A DNA stretch of 64,000 bases, taken from Callorhinchus milii. Its lineage: Eukaryota. The position numbers and the translations under genes were made by a program. The notes under the pieces were generated by a model. The model was given only the letters and a program-made list of their open reading frames with translations, was not told the origin of the DNA and searched no databases. Below, one piece after another: positions 1-10,170 of this stretch. The stretch is taken from NCBI RefSeq assembly GCF_018977255.1, contig NW_024704743.1, forward strand, positions 63,986,001-64,050,000. Reading direction: 5' to 3'. Every line of letters starts with the position of its first letter. Position 1 is the first letter of the stretch.

Positions 1-23
1 CTTTTTCTAATCAATACTCTCAG

Positions 24-121
24 TTGCCACATTAATCCAACCAAGGCATAAAGACAAAAGGAGTTCAAGATATGAAAGATTGAACAACCTGACTGCTGCA
101 GGAATGGAAGCAGACTGTTGA
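24..121 (+). CDS. Candidate last coding exon of an unidentified host gene (phase 1; ...ATLIQPRHKDKRSSRYERLNNLTAAGMEADC*)
   Basis: Pyrimidine-rich acceptor with branch-like CTAAT (7-11) and CAG (21-23). One frame stays open for 31 codons to TGA at 119-121 and is closed upstream (TAA 8-10). Repeat-free AT-rich sequence follows. Protein not recognised. Confidence 0.4.
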
Positions 122-905
122 GGGAACTGAAGGCTTGATATCCAGAATGGATCTACCAACAGAACTGTAAACCCAATATATTCATTTATATTTGGATGTA
201 TCTTTGAAAGTGGAAAGGTGATTATCAACAGAAAGTAAAACGGGCCATCTGGTGTTGTAATCCTGTATACTGAAGAACACGAAACCTCAAGCTCACATGG
301 TGTAAGATTTCTGAAGCTATAATTGTTCTATATAATAATATTACAATTCAAGATTGAAATTGCTTGCTGATGATTCTGAAAAATGCAGCAATTAGCAAAG
401 GGATTAATATAGTTTGTGGAAAGATGGCATAAAGAAGACTGGATTTGTTTGAATGCTGATGGATCGTTATGGTTTGAACATCGCTTCAGAAGAATGCTTA
501 CTTTTCCTCAGATCTGAAATTTTGAAGAAACATCGGCACTGTCAGTTGACAGAAAATGTCTATTTGTTTATGTGTATCTACTTTAGGCAATGTTGATTTG
601 AACCTTCTCCATTCTGAAGCAGGTGTGCATTGTGGTGGAAGACTTTGCAGCTGCCTTTCTGTAACTGGATGGTTTGCATTGTTAAAATCTTTCTTTCAGA
701 ATGTCAGTTCATTGCGCTATGTACAACAAAAGGCCAGCTCCCCAGGGATAAGGAGACAAAAGAACAGATGGTGCAATCCTTCAACAGTTCCCAAATTGTG
801 AAGTTTGCTATTACAGATTAACAAACATAAATGCAAAATTAGAGATTTATGTACATAGCACTCACATGTCAGGCAAATCAATAAAACATTTGCTAGTTGT
901 ACGAA
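122..905 (+). other. Candidate 3'UTR with polyadenylation signal
   Basis: Non-repetitive AT-rich sequence after the stop; TGTACATA (Pumilio-type UGUAHAUA) at 850-857, with another at 991-998; AATAAA at 880-885. Confidence 0.3.
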
Positions 906-1040
906 AAAGGAATTTTATAAATTTGATGTGTTCATTAATTTATGGACTTAGATACAAGATTCCCATTATTTTGAATGGAAAAACGGCTGATGTACATACG
1001 CATACGTTGTGATGTTTTGTTGGTCACTGTAAGTAATTTG

Positions 1041-1356
1041 AAATTTTATTCAAAATTGATATCTCCATTTTTCATTTGTAAAGTTTAGAGGTATGATGTG
1101 ATATTTGGCACACATGTCTGAAAGGTAATAGAGTTTATGCAGCCGGTGCTATTCAGATTATTTTTAAAAACATAATTCAGGGACAATATTCATCAGTGTC
1201 AAATTTTATTTAAAGTTTATCTTTTTCATTTGTAAAGTTTTAAGGAGAAATGTGACATTTGGCACACGTTTAAAAGGAACAGAAAAGTTTATGTAGCCAG
1301 TGATATTGAAATTCTTTTGAATTAAAAACATCAGGGCAATATTTATTAGTGTCATT
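1041..1356. repeat. Old tandem duplication, 2 x ~160 bp
   Basis: 1041-1200 and 1201-1356 share colinear anchors AAATTTTATT, TTTTCATTTGTAAAGTTT, ATTTGGCACAC, AGTTTATG.AGCC.GTG.TATT, TCAGGG and AGTGTCA. Confidence 0.85.
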
Positions 1357-4300
1357 TGGTGCAAAACCATATTGTGTAAGAGAGGTGTTGATGGTTTGTA
1401 TCTGGGGATGTGACTTGTGCATCTGTAAAAGCCTGTATCCACAACATTTTTTACACCTACCTGTGGGTATATTCCGTCCTGCAAAATATTTGCATTGATA
1501 TTCTCATTCTTTGAGGTCGAGTGGCAAACGTAAACATTTTTACGAAAATGTTTTTAAAATCAGCCAGGGAACAGGTAGTGCAGAGAATTTGATCAGCAAT
1601 GTGTGACACTGAGTACAGCCTTAATTCTCCTGCACCCCCCACCCCCCCCAATGTCACTGAATGAAACCTAAGATGTACTAAGGGGAGATGTATCTCTTAG
1701 GGAAGGGAATGTTGTTCGGGAGAATCATTTGTACTGTGCTTGAACATGTTCCTGCAGCCAGGTCAGAGAAGTATTGGCAGAGGCCTGAGTGCAGGTGGGC
1801 ACCTTCCTTTTCTGCTGCAAGAGATAGAGAGAAAATTCAAGTCCATTTACAAAATTTGTGTTTTTTAAAACAGAGTATTTTTGAAAAAAACACTGTTCCA
1901 TGGGATCTTGGATTCTAATTTGATTATACAGTAATTGGTTTTGATAATTTGGAAATCAGTTTTGAGATATAAGATGTAAAAGATGTGGAACATTTTAAAA
2001 TTTCTTGTATAGGAGATTTACTACAGATTAAGTCAAAAGAAAACTCATGCCTTTCAAGCAGCATACTTTTCCTTGAGTTGGTCATTTTAATAGAGTCTAG
2101 ACTATCTTGTGATTTATTTCAAAGCTTCATTTCACATACTGTAAATTTATTTAATCTGATTTCTGATTTGCTAGAAAGTCTTATTATTTTAACATTCTAC
2201 AATTTGAAATGAATTAACTGTGTTTTATGATATTATGAACACGACAATGTGTAAGATTTCAGCAAAATATATATATCCCATTCAAAAATAATCCAATACA
2301 ACGGATATGCTGTGATTATGCTTTTATCACTGATTTTTAAGTGCAGTAACTGGCATATTAACTGCTGTATTTAACAGTTAGAGTGCCGGCGGCTCCAAAG
2401 AACACTCCTTGGGCTAGCCAATTTTAAAGTATTCAGCTCACATGCTGTGATACTCATTGAAACATATTATTTTAGTAATAAAATGATGATATTGTCCAGA
2501 ATATCTTTACCCTACCTGCAAAAAAACAAATAAAACTGATTTTTTTTGAATGCTTTGTCCATTTCTTTTCCCCTATTTTATTTTTGTTAACTTTTGCCCT
2601 TTTCTTATCTACAATGCTCTGTTTCTCTCATTCAACATTTTTTTTGTTTAAATTCACAACAATTATTCACTTTTTTTCCTATGAACCTTATGGCTTTGTA
2701 TATTTTTGAGGTGTGAGCCCCTTCAAGACTGTTGTTCACTGTGTGGGTTTGTTTCTAGTTTGTTGATGCTTAGACATCTAAAGATTGACACGGTTGTATC
2801 TACACAACCAGTCTACATTTGATGCAATGTCAAACTAAGAGTGTTATTGCAGGACAATTTATTTTGTTTTGCTGCTCCACCAATCTGATTGTGGCAGACC
2901 AAAATAACTGCGATAACTCTGTGGGAGTTAGACTCAGAAAGTAGCAGAATTTCAAAACATGATGCCGCATATATATTTCTGATTTGTGCGTTTTGTTTGC
3001 AGCTGACCGTAGTCATTTCCAAGTGTTTATATTCTGAAAAGTCACGGCTATAGGTATTGTAAAGTGTTTTCATCTGTTACAGAAAGGTGAAACAACTACT
3101 AAACGTTCAATTGTGACCTTCTGGAAACCTTTTTAAAAACGTCATCATGAAATGAACCTTTTTCTCAATAAGACCATAAATCATTAATTTATAAAACCTT
3201 TCAGAATTAGAAGTCAATTAAATAAGGCAATATTAATTTACAATGTCAACCATACACAGTATTTGCTTTTGTCACACAATGATTCATTCAAGAATAGCCA
3301 ACTGCACGAGTATATATATATTCACTGAACTGCAGAATAAGTTGATAAAGAAAAACAACCATACTGTAATGCAGGTTCCATTGCACCGGAGGATCTGGGT
3401 ATCGGTTATGTAGTTGCATGTTGTGGTGGAATTTCAGTTTCGTTTGGACTATTATCCTAGATCTAAGAATTAAGTTTTCCTTAATACTCCTAAATACACT
3501 ACAGTGTTTTGTATATTTACTTGCACCCAAGTCTTATTCCCAAAGTAACTACTTTTCATGGTTCAAAATGTACAAAATATATCAATGTAAGTGCACTAAA
3601 ATAAACAGTATAAATGTCAATTACAATTCACCTACAAAATACAGTCACTAGCCTTTGCAGTAAATCCTATGAACCACTGAGATATCCTCTTGTAAAAGAT
3701 GCTATATCAAATGCAAGGATTTTTAATAATAAAACAATACTGCTTAGAGTTTACTAATTTAAATTGCAGTTAAAGAATACGAAGCTGCCCAAGTCTACAC
3801 TGTGATTGCAGTTTTAAAATGATGGAAGTGTACCATTCTAGCAATTTTTCCAAGTTTTTGTTGTGTTCATAAGGAATATGTAGTAGCAGAGTATTGCATC
3901 TTGGAACAAATTGCTATCTAGACATTTCTGATTGGGTGGCTGATTATGAAAGCATTTTGATGGTATCTGTGATGCTAGGCTGACGGGGAAAGATTTGTTG
4001 TGGTGGGAATGTACAGGTTAATGGAAGTAATTAAGCGTAAATTGTGAGCTTGATCAACTCTATGAATTTGAGAAAATGTTACAAATGATGTTTCACATGC
4101 ATGAAAGTAGAAAACATTTTTTTATGTATGAAATTATATCAATTCAATCATTAAAGCATCACAGGACTGTTAAAAATTATGCAGAATAAATAAAGCGGTT
4201 CATGTGAGATAACTGAACGCAATAATCTTCAATTCACCTGAAAATATTACATAATTTGTGTGATCATGCTACTAATAAATAATTACAGTAAACTCCAATT

Positions 4301-4596
4301 AACTGTCACTCCAAGGGAAAAGGATCCAGTGACAAATTTTCTGATACGATGACTTAACAGTTGGTCCTCACCATATCATCCCAAGCCACTCAGTCTCTCC
4401 TCGCACCTGCACCAGTCACAGGCTAGGACAGGAGGGCTCTGCAATGCAAATTGCTATCTTATAGAACGAGTTACCCAATCAATTTTACATTGAAATACTT
4501 AGGATTTCTTCCTCTTGACATGAACGGCGCTATAGAAATGTAATTTGCTGCTGAATTATGTATTTTGCAGAGTGAACAGTAAAGTGATATCCCTCA

Positions 4597-5180
4597 ATAA
4601 TACAAATTACATTTGTATAGCGTTTTTCACTTCCTTCGCCTCTCTTTCTATTTCCAGGTCTCTGCTGAAGACCTTTCTTTTCGACCGCGCCTTTGGTCAC
4701 CTTCCTCCCCCTCCCCCTGGCTTGGCCCTGGGATCCGTTACTGTGAAGCGCTCTGAGATTCTGTCCGGCGTGGAGGGCGCTATATAAATCCAAGTTGTTC
4801 ATATCAGGAGGACGTCCCAATCCACTTGACAGTCAGGAATTTGGACCAGAGCGGGGAGTTGGATTCAAGAGGGGTGGAGGGTGACTGAGGACGCGATCAA
4901 TGACGAGGGTCTTGAGTAGTGCCGTGAAAGAGGAAAGGGAGAGAGGAAGACAAAGGGATTGTGGGAAGGAGTTCCAAAGAGTGGGGGCAGAGAGGCTGAA
5001 GGCCCGACCGCTGATTGTGGGGTGGGCTGGGTGAGGGATGCTGAGCGGAGGGAGCGGACAGGTTGTTATGGCGTTAGCGGTTCACAGAGGTAGGGAGGAC
5101 CAAGGCCGTAGGGGGCTTTGAAGACTAGGATATTGAACTCTATCCTTTGGGGGATGGGGAGCTAGTGGAACCGGGCGAGG
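4597..5180 (-). mobile_element. L2 LINE 3' fragment, interrupted by a + strand L2 tail
   Basis: Minus-strand tail AAATTACATTTGTATAGCG...TTTCAC resumes as ATCAGGAGGACGTCCC at ~4803, then continues into G-rich ORF2 C-terminal sequence homologous to 32030-32340. Confidence 0.8.
4631..4797 (+). mobile_element. L2 3' end (second tail subfamily), nested insertion
   Basis: Encodes LKTFLFDRAF, then the tail GCGCTCTGAG...GGCGTGGAGGGCGCTATATAAATCCAAGTTGTT, matching 47010-47148. Confidence 0.8.
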
Positions 5181-6624
5181 GCTTATATGGGAAATGCTCA
5201 GGATATCAACAACATAAGTGATAGTGACTAGTTAGCCACTAGTTAAACAGAGTTGAGTTATCTGGAGTTTATTGTACTATGTCCCTTTAACATTTGTTAA
5301 AGAACTATGTTACTTTCAATGATCTAGGGTGAGTTGTCCTGTGTAACATTTACTGATTCTCCTGCAACTCAGTATTAACACCCTGCTTAGAGCCAAAGAG
5401 GTTTATAACCAGGAGACCACTCATCCCATCACGTCTGCTCTGTCTCTCAGAGTAAGCTTATCTTTCAATCCCACGGCCTTTGATTTTATAAAATCATACT
5501 TATCCTTTGATTTGAATCTGCACTTTATGTACACAGTGCAAGCAATTAGTCTTCTCAAGCACGACTACAAGTACACATCAACACCTTTTTATCAAAAAGA
5601 ATATCCTTCCTGGATTCAAGACTCCACTTTTCTGGGTTTTGATCTGAACTCTAATTAGATTATAGTTTTGTACTCTCTGGTATTCATTAATATGTACAGA
5701 ATCATTACTGTTCTTTGAATCAGTGGAAGAACTAATGGTTATGGACAAAAGTATATAAGTTTAAAAAAAAATCTTTTTCTGCACCATGTCCAAATAAATA
5801 CTGTTGTTACCTCATTCCACACACCGCTTGGTTAACTGCTGTTAGGCTTGAAACACATTCTGCCTGTGTTAACTTCACCAGTTAACTCAGTGCGATGTGC
5901 TAACTCCACATAGCACTGGGATAACCGGAGAAGCTCACCTATTGCTCTGTGGAAGATGCTATCATTTGAAAAATGATGAAGACCATACAAGGTATGTATG
6001 TTTTTTAACTAAAAACTATAATCAGTAGGACAATTAAAAAAAAATCAATATTTTGAAAATAATTAAACTTGACACCACCTGAATTGCTTGAAAGCTAATG
6101 CCATCTAGGGTAACATCTTGGAGGAGTTACTAAACCCAGTGGAACTGAAGCAGGGATTTGAACTAATCGTTACCCAGTTGAAGCAGCTATGTTAATGATT
6201 ATAATAACTAATATCAATTAATCTCTTTTAGACTGAGTAAGTAGATACTCCAATTCAGGACATCAGTGTTGTTGTCAGAAATAAAAACAAAGCAACAGAA
6301 ATAGAAAGTTGGTTTCAATGCTAATCATAATTCTCTTTTTTTAAATAGGATAAGACACCTTCTTTAAATCAATTCTTTATGTATTCCTAGATTTTTAACA
6401 TTGGATGTTTTGTAAGGTTTAAGCTGATAAATTAATGAACAGGTTAGTTTAAATTGATATAGTTTTAAATTGAGGTAAAAGTAGATACTTTGCAAGTTGA
6501 TCGTATTGTGCTTATTCACATGTTTTCCAAAGACTATACCAAAACATAAACACAGGGTGGCAGTTTAGGTTTATCAATTAAAGGGGATGTATTTCTGTTT
6601 ACTTAGACAAGAAAGTTGCTGCAT

Positions 6625-7130
6625 AAACAACAAAAAAGTTACATTTGTATAGTGCCTTTCACGTCGGGAGGACGTATCAAGGTGCTGAACAGACAGAGTT
6701 ACGGACCTGAGATGGGGGAGGGTGGAGAGCAGGGGAAGAAGCAGGGAGATCAAAAGCACGGTCAAAGAGGAGGGTCTTGAGATGGGTCTTGAAGGTGGCA
6801 AGGGAGAGCGCGAGACAGAGGGACTGTGGGATGCAGTTCCAGAGAGTGGGGGCAGAGTGGCAGAAGGCCCACCCAACAATAGTGGGGTGAGCAAGGCGGG
6901 GGACGTAAAGAAAGCCGGAGCCTGCTGAGCGGAGGGAGTGAACGGGATGGCAGGAGGTTAGGAGGTCGGAGAGGTAGGGGTGGGGGAGCAAGACCATGGA
7001 GGGCTTTGAAGGTGAGGACCAAGATCTTGAACTGTATCCTCTGTGTGATGGGACGCCAGTGGAGTTGCACAAGGATGGGAGTGCTCCTGGAGCCTAGTGC
7101 GGGAGAGGACACGAGCTGCAAAGTTCTGAG
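6625..7130 (-). mobile_element. L2 LINE 3' fragment
   Basis: Minus-strand peptides LHWRPITQRIQFKILVLTFKALHGLAP and APTLWNCIPQSL...FKTHLKTLLFDRAF; L2-type stem-loop tail ending in TTG repeats. Confidence 0.9.
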
Positions 7131-7443
7131 TACAGTACACACTGTAAAATAGAAAAACAAAATGAGCAAAGATCTTCAATCCTCCGATTTTCTTTGTTTC
7201 CCCCTTCTGCTTTGAAATGGTACCAATGGGCAAATAAGAGTTGATTGAATTGAGCTATTGTAGAAACTGTATTATGTGAAAATGTGAATTTTTTAATTCT
7301 GAAATATTAATTCTCTTTCCTCTGGGACAAGAATCTTAAGTTTCATAATTAGTTAGCACCTAAATTAGGTAACACGGCATTACAGTAAATCTGGATCATG
7401 GCATTTAATATGATCTGAGTGAAGTCCGAGTTACAGGCAAACT

Positions 7444-7764
7444 GAATTGAATTGCGGGAAATGTAGTTTTGAGCTGTCTCCACATGTGCACTTACCCGCA
7501 AGCATTGAATCGCAGAAACTTCTTTTGTGCGTGCGGCAACGAGTCAAGACTGTTTCCCGCGATTCAATGCATTTTGATCTGTTGCTGCATGCACACTTAC
7601 TGGCAATTGCATTGAATCACAGGAAATGAAGTTCTGCAACACTTGCAGGGAGAAGTCAAGATTTTGTTTCCTGCAATTCAATGCAGCCAGACGGTAAGTG
7701 CACATGTGTCAACGGGTCAGTACGTCATTTCCCATGATTCAATGTAGCTGGTAAGTGCGGAAGT
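7444..7764. promoter_or_regulatory. Palindromic cluster of six Staf/ZNF143-like motifs plus an ETS-like site; candidate promoter or MITE-like element
   Basis: TTTCC(C/T)RYRATTCAATGC-like motif at 7444(-), 7502(-), 7553(+), 7609(-), 7667(+) and 7728(+). The first copy reads ACTACATTTCCCGC on the minus strand. GCGGAAGT at 7757-7764. Locally CpG-rich. Confidence 0.5.
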
Positions 7765-7989
7765 AATGGAAGATGGGGGAATACATTGCAAGTTAGGAGG
7801 TGATAAATACGACAAGTACAAAGAAATCTAAATGGTTTTGATAGGAAACTAAATGGGACTCGGATGCATGTACAATTATACAATTTATAAAGTTAAGACT
7901 TACTGTAATTGATCTCTGCATCGAGGTTATCCAAAATGGTCAGTTCGAATTCATTTATCAGTTACCACCTTTTGGTGGAACTTTCTTCT

Positions 7990-8460
7990 GTTCAGTATTA
8001 TGTATTATTCAAAGCTGGACCTATTGGTGTTCAAAGCGTGTGTTACATAAATACAATTCTTAGCTATTTTTAAATCACATGGAGTTGAGGGCAATATTGG
8101 GTCACAGATAGAAACTTGGCTGGAGATGGAGACAAAGAGTATAAAAGATGCGTTCAATGATTGATAGACTGTGGGAAGTGGTGTTCCCCAGGGATTCATT
8201 GATGGTGACCTGGGTACAAGAATAGAGGATACGATCTCTAAGTGTACAGTTGGGAGATGTAAACTGTGAAGAAGACGGGCAAACATATAAAGAAACATAG
8301 ATGGATTAAACAAGTGGACAGAACTAAGGCAGATGGATTTTACATTGCAAAGTGTAAGGTGGTGTATTTTTTAGGAAGGATTTGCTCTACCTAGTGGTAG
8401 AGACACAGAAGGATAAGTGGGTAGTGGAGGTATAAAGGAGTATAGCAAAATGGTAGGGCA
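7990..8460 (+). mobile_element. Degraded CR1 LINE fragment
   Basis: RT-region remnants: HGVEGN, SGVPQG (~8177-8194), and W....QMDF...KCKVV-like sequence. Confidence 0.7.
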
Positions 8461-9189
8461 TTGCAATTAAAAATTCTGAGAAGTTGGAGCTCTTTAAGAT
8501 GTTGCACCAATGTAATAAGGCGTTATGTCAAATGCAAGGATGATAATGGAACATGGACTAAATTCATCCTGTTCTTCTGGATTTTCTTGGATTTTACTTA
8601 TGTTTCCTTTTTGGTCTGATAAACATTCTACGTGTAAGAGTTGAGTCAATTTAGCTCAATCCTAGCTTGGGCAGGAAACCAATACAGAATCTTAACGACA
8701 ACTGATACACCTGTTTTGTTGGCTTGTCACAGATACTTGAGTTACATTACAGTTCCAGATGGGAGTACCCTGTTATAGGAACAGAACACTTTGCACCTGA
8801 CATCCCAACAAATTGAATGCTTGAGGCAGAATGATATATGGGATCAGATGCATCAAACAATGTTCTCTTCTGTACAGAGCTCAAATTCAGTTTACCGTTG
8901 GGCAGCCCAAGCTGCTGAGAGCTCGATCAGATTTCCCGCGATGTATAATGTTCTGCAGTTTGTAAACATTAGCACTCTGAAGAAAAGTTTTTGATACATT
9001 TATGATCAGGGCACACTTTACTGTCCAAGGCATTCTCCTTAAGCATGTTGGTTGCACCTACTGAATTTTAAGCCCTACAACATTCACTGACTTAATTCTA
9101 AGATGGTACAACTTTGAAAGCTTTGAAGTTAATAGTGTGGTTAAAAAGAAAATTCTGATCCAAAAAGCTAACCCAGAATGTTAACTCAA

Positions 9190-9392
9190 AAAAAAATGTC
9201 TCGACTGTCTGTGGGACATTGCTGTGCACAATTGGTTGCCATGATTAGCCCACAAAATATACAGTCAATTCACTTTATAATATATTCTGTAAAGTGCTTT
9301 GAGACATCTAGAAGACGTGATATGATATGGCATATCACATATCACGTGAAGTGATATTGCGCTCTATCAAATTCAAGGAATATTATTATTAT
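9190..9392 (+). mobile_element. SINE 3' half (Deu-like core and L2-type tail)
   Basis: GTGGGACATTGCTGTGCACAATTGG core and ATT-repeat end, homologous to 15485-15635. Confidence 0.8.
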
Positions 9393-10071
9393 CCTTCCAC
9401 AATTCTCTTGAGTTCTCTTTCTTTCATCGTACCTATTTCATTTTGGTTTTTGTAACCATGCAGGTGACTACAGAAAAGAAAATTTTTCTAATCCTAATTA
9501 GAAAATCCTAATCCTCTTGGACATCTAGTGTTTGTACCTGTCACTTCGCTATTTCTGATCAAGGGGTAAATTATAATATTTTATACCAGATTTAGCAGTG
9601 GGAAAAAATAGACCAAAAGTATTCTGAGAGCTTTTTGGATCAGAAATTTCTTTTCAGCCATACACTTAACTTCAAAGTGTTCAAAGTTGTACCAATTTAG
9701 AATGAAGACAGGCAATGTTGTAGGGCTTAAAATATATTGACTAGATACTAATTCATCATAAGATTTAGGATATTGATAATCCCAAAAGGTCAGGCTTTTG
9801 GAATTTGTCTTGATTTATGGCCATAACATAAATATTCAGTAGTTATTGGAAATGAAATGTTGATTTAACATAGACTTACCTAGACTAGTGCTACTTCTTG
9901 ATGGCCCCATTTTTGGCCAGCCTTTATGGGCAGTCAACAAAATAAATTTTCTTGAATAAATAGTTCTTGATTTATGCCATAAATCAAAAAATATTCAATC
10001 AAAAAAACTAAAATCACACTACCGATTGAACTCGAACTTACCTCAGAGGGACATTTCCAGCTCACAGGCCA

Positions 10072-10170
10072 CTGGTCTAGATTATGTGAGTTCCAAGTCC
10101 CGCATGGGGCTTGAACCCACAAACTTCTGACTCAAAGGTGAGAGAGCTTCCAACTGAGCCAGTCTGACAC
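10072..10170 (-). mobile_element. tRNA-derived head of the older DeuSINE-like family
   Basis: Reverse complement reads GTCAGACTGGCTCAGTTGG...GGGTTCAAGCCCC (A and B boxes); homologous to 18350-18437 and 55787-55880. Confidence 0.75.

Noticed and set aside
360..460. C/D box snoRNA (TGATGA...CTGA)
   Set aside because: No terminal stem or recognisable guide; such boxes are frequent by chance in AT-rich DNA.
5914..5991. Possible exon ending AAG|GTATGT
   Set aside because: The acceptor is weak and ambiguous, and no frame gives a recognisable product.
7444..7745. CRISPR-like repeat-spacer array
   Set aside because: Repeats alternate in orientation, spacers are related to each other and irregular in length, there are no cas genes, and the context is vertebrate.
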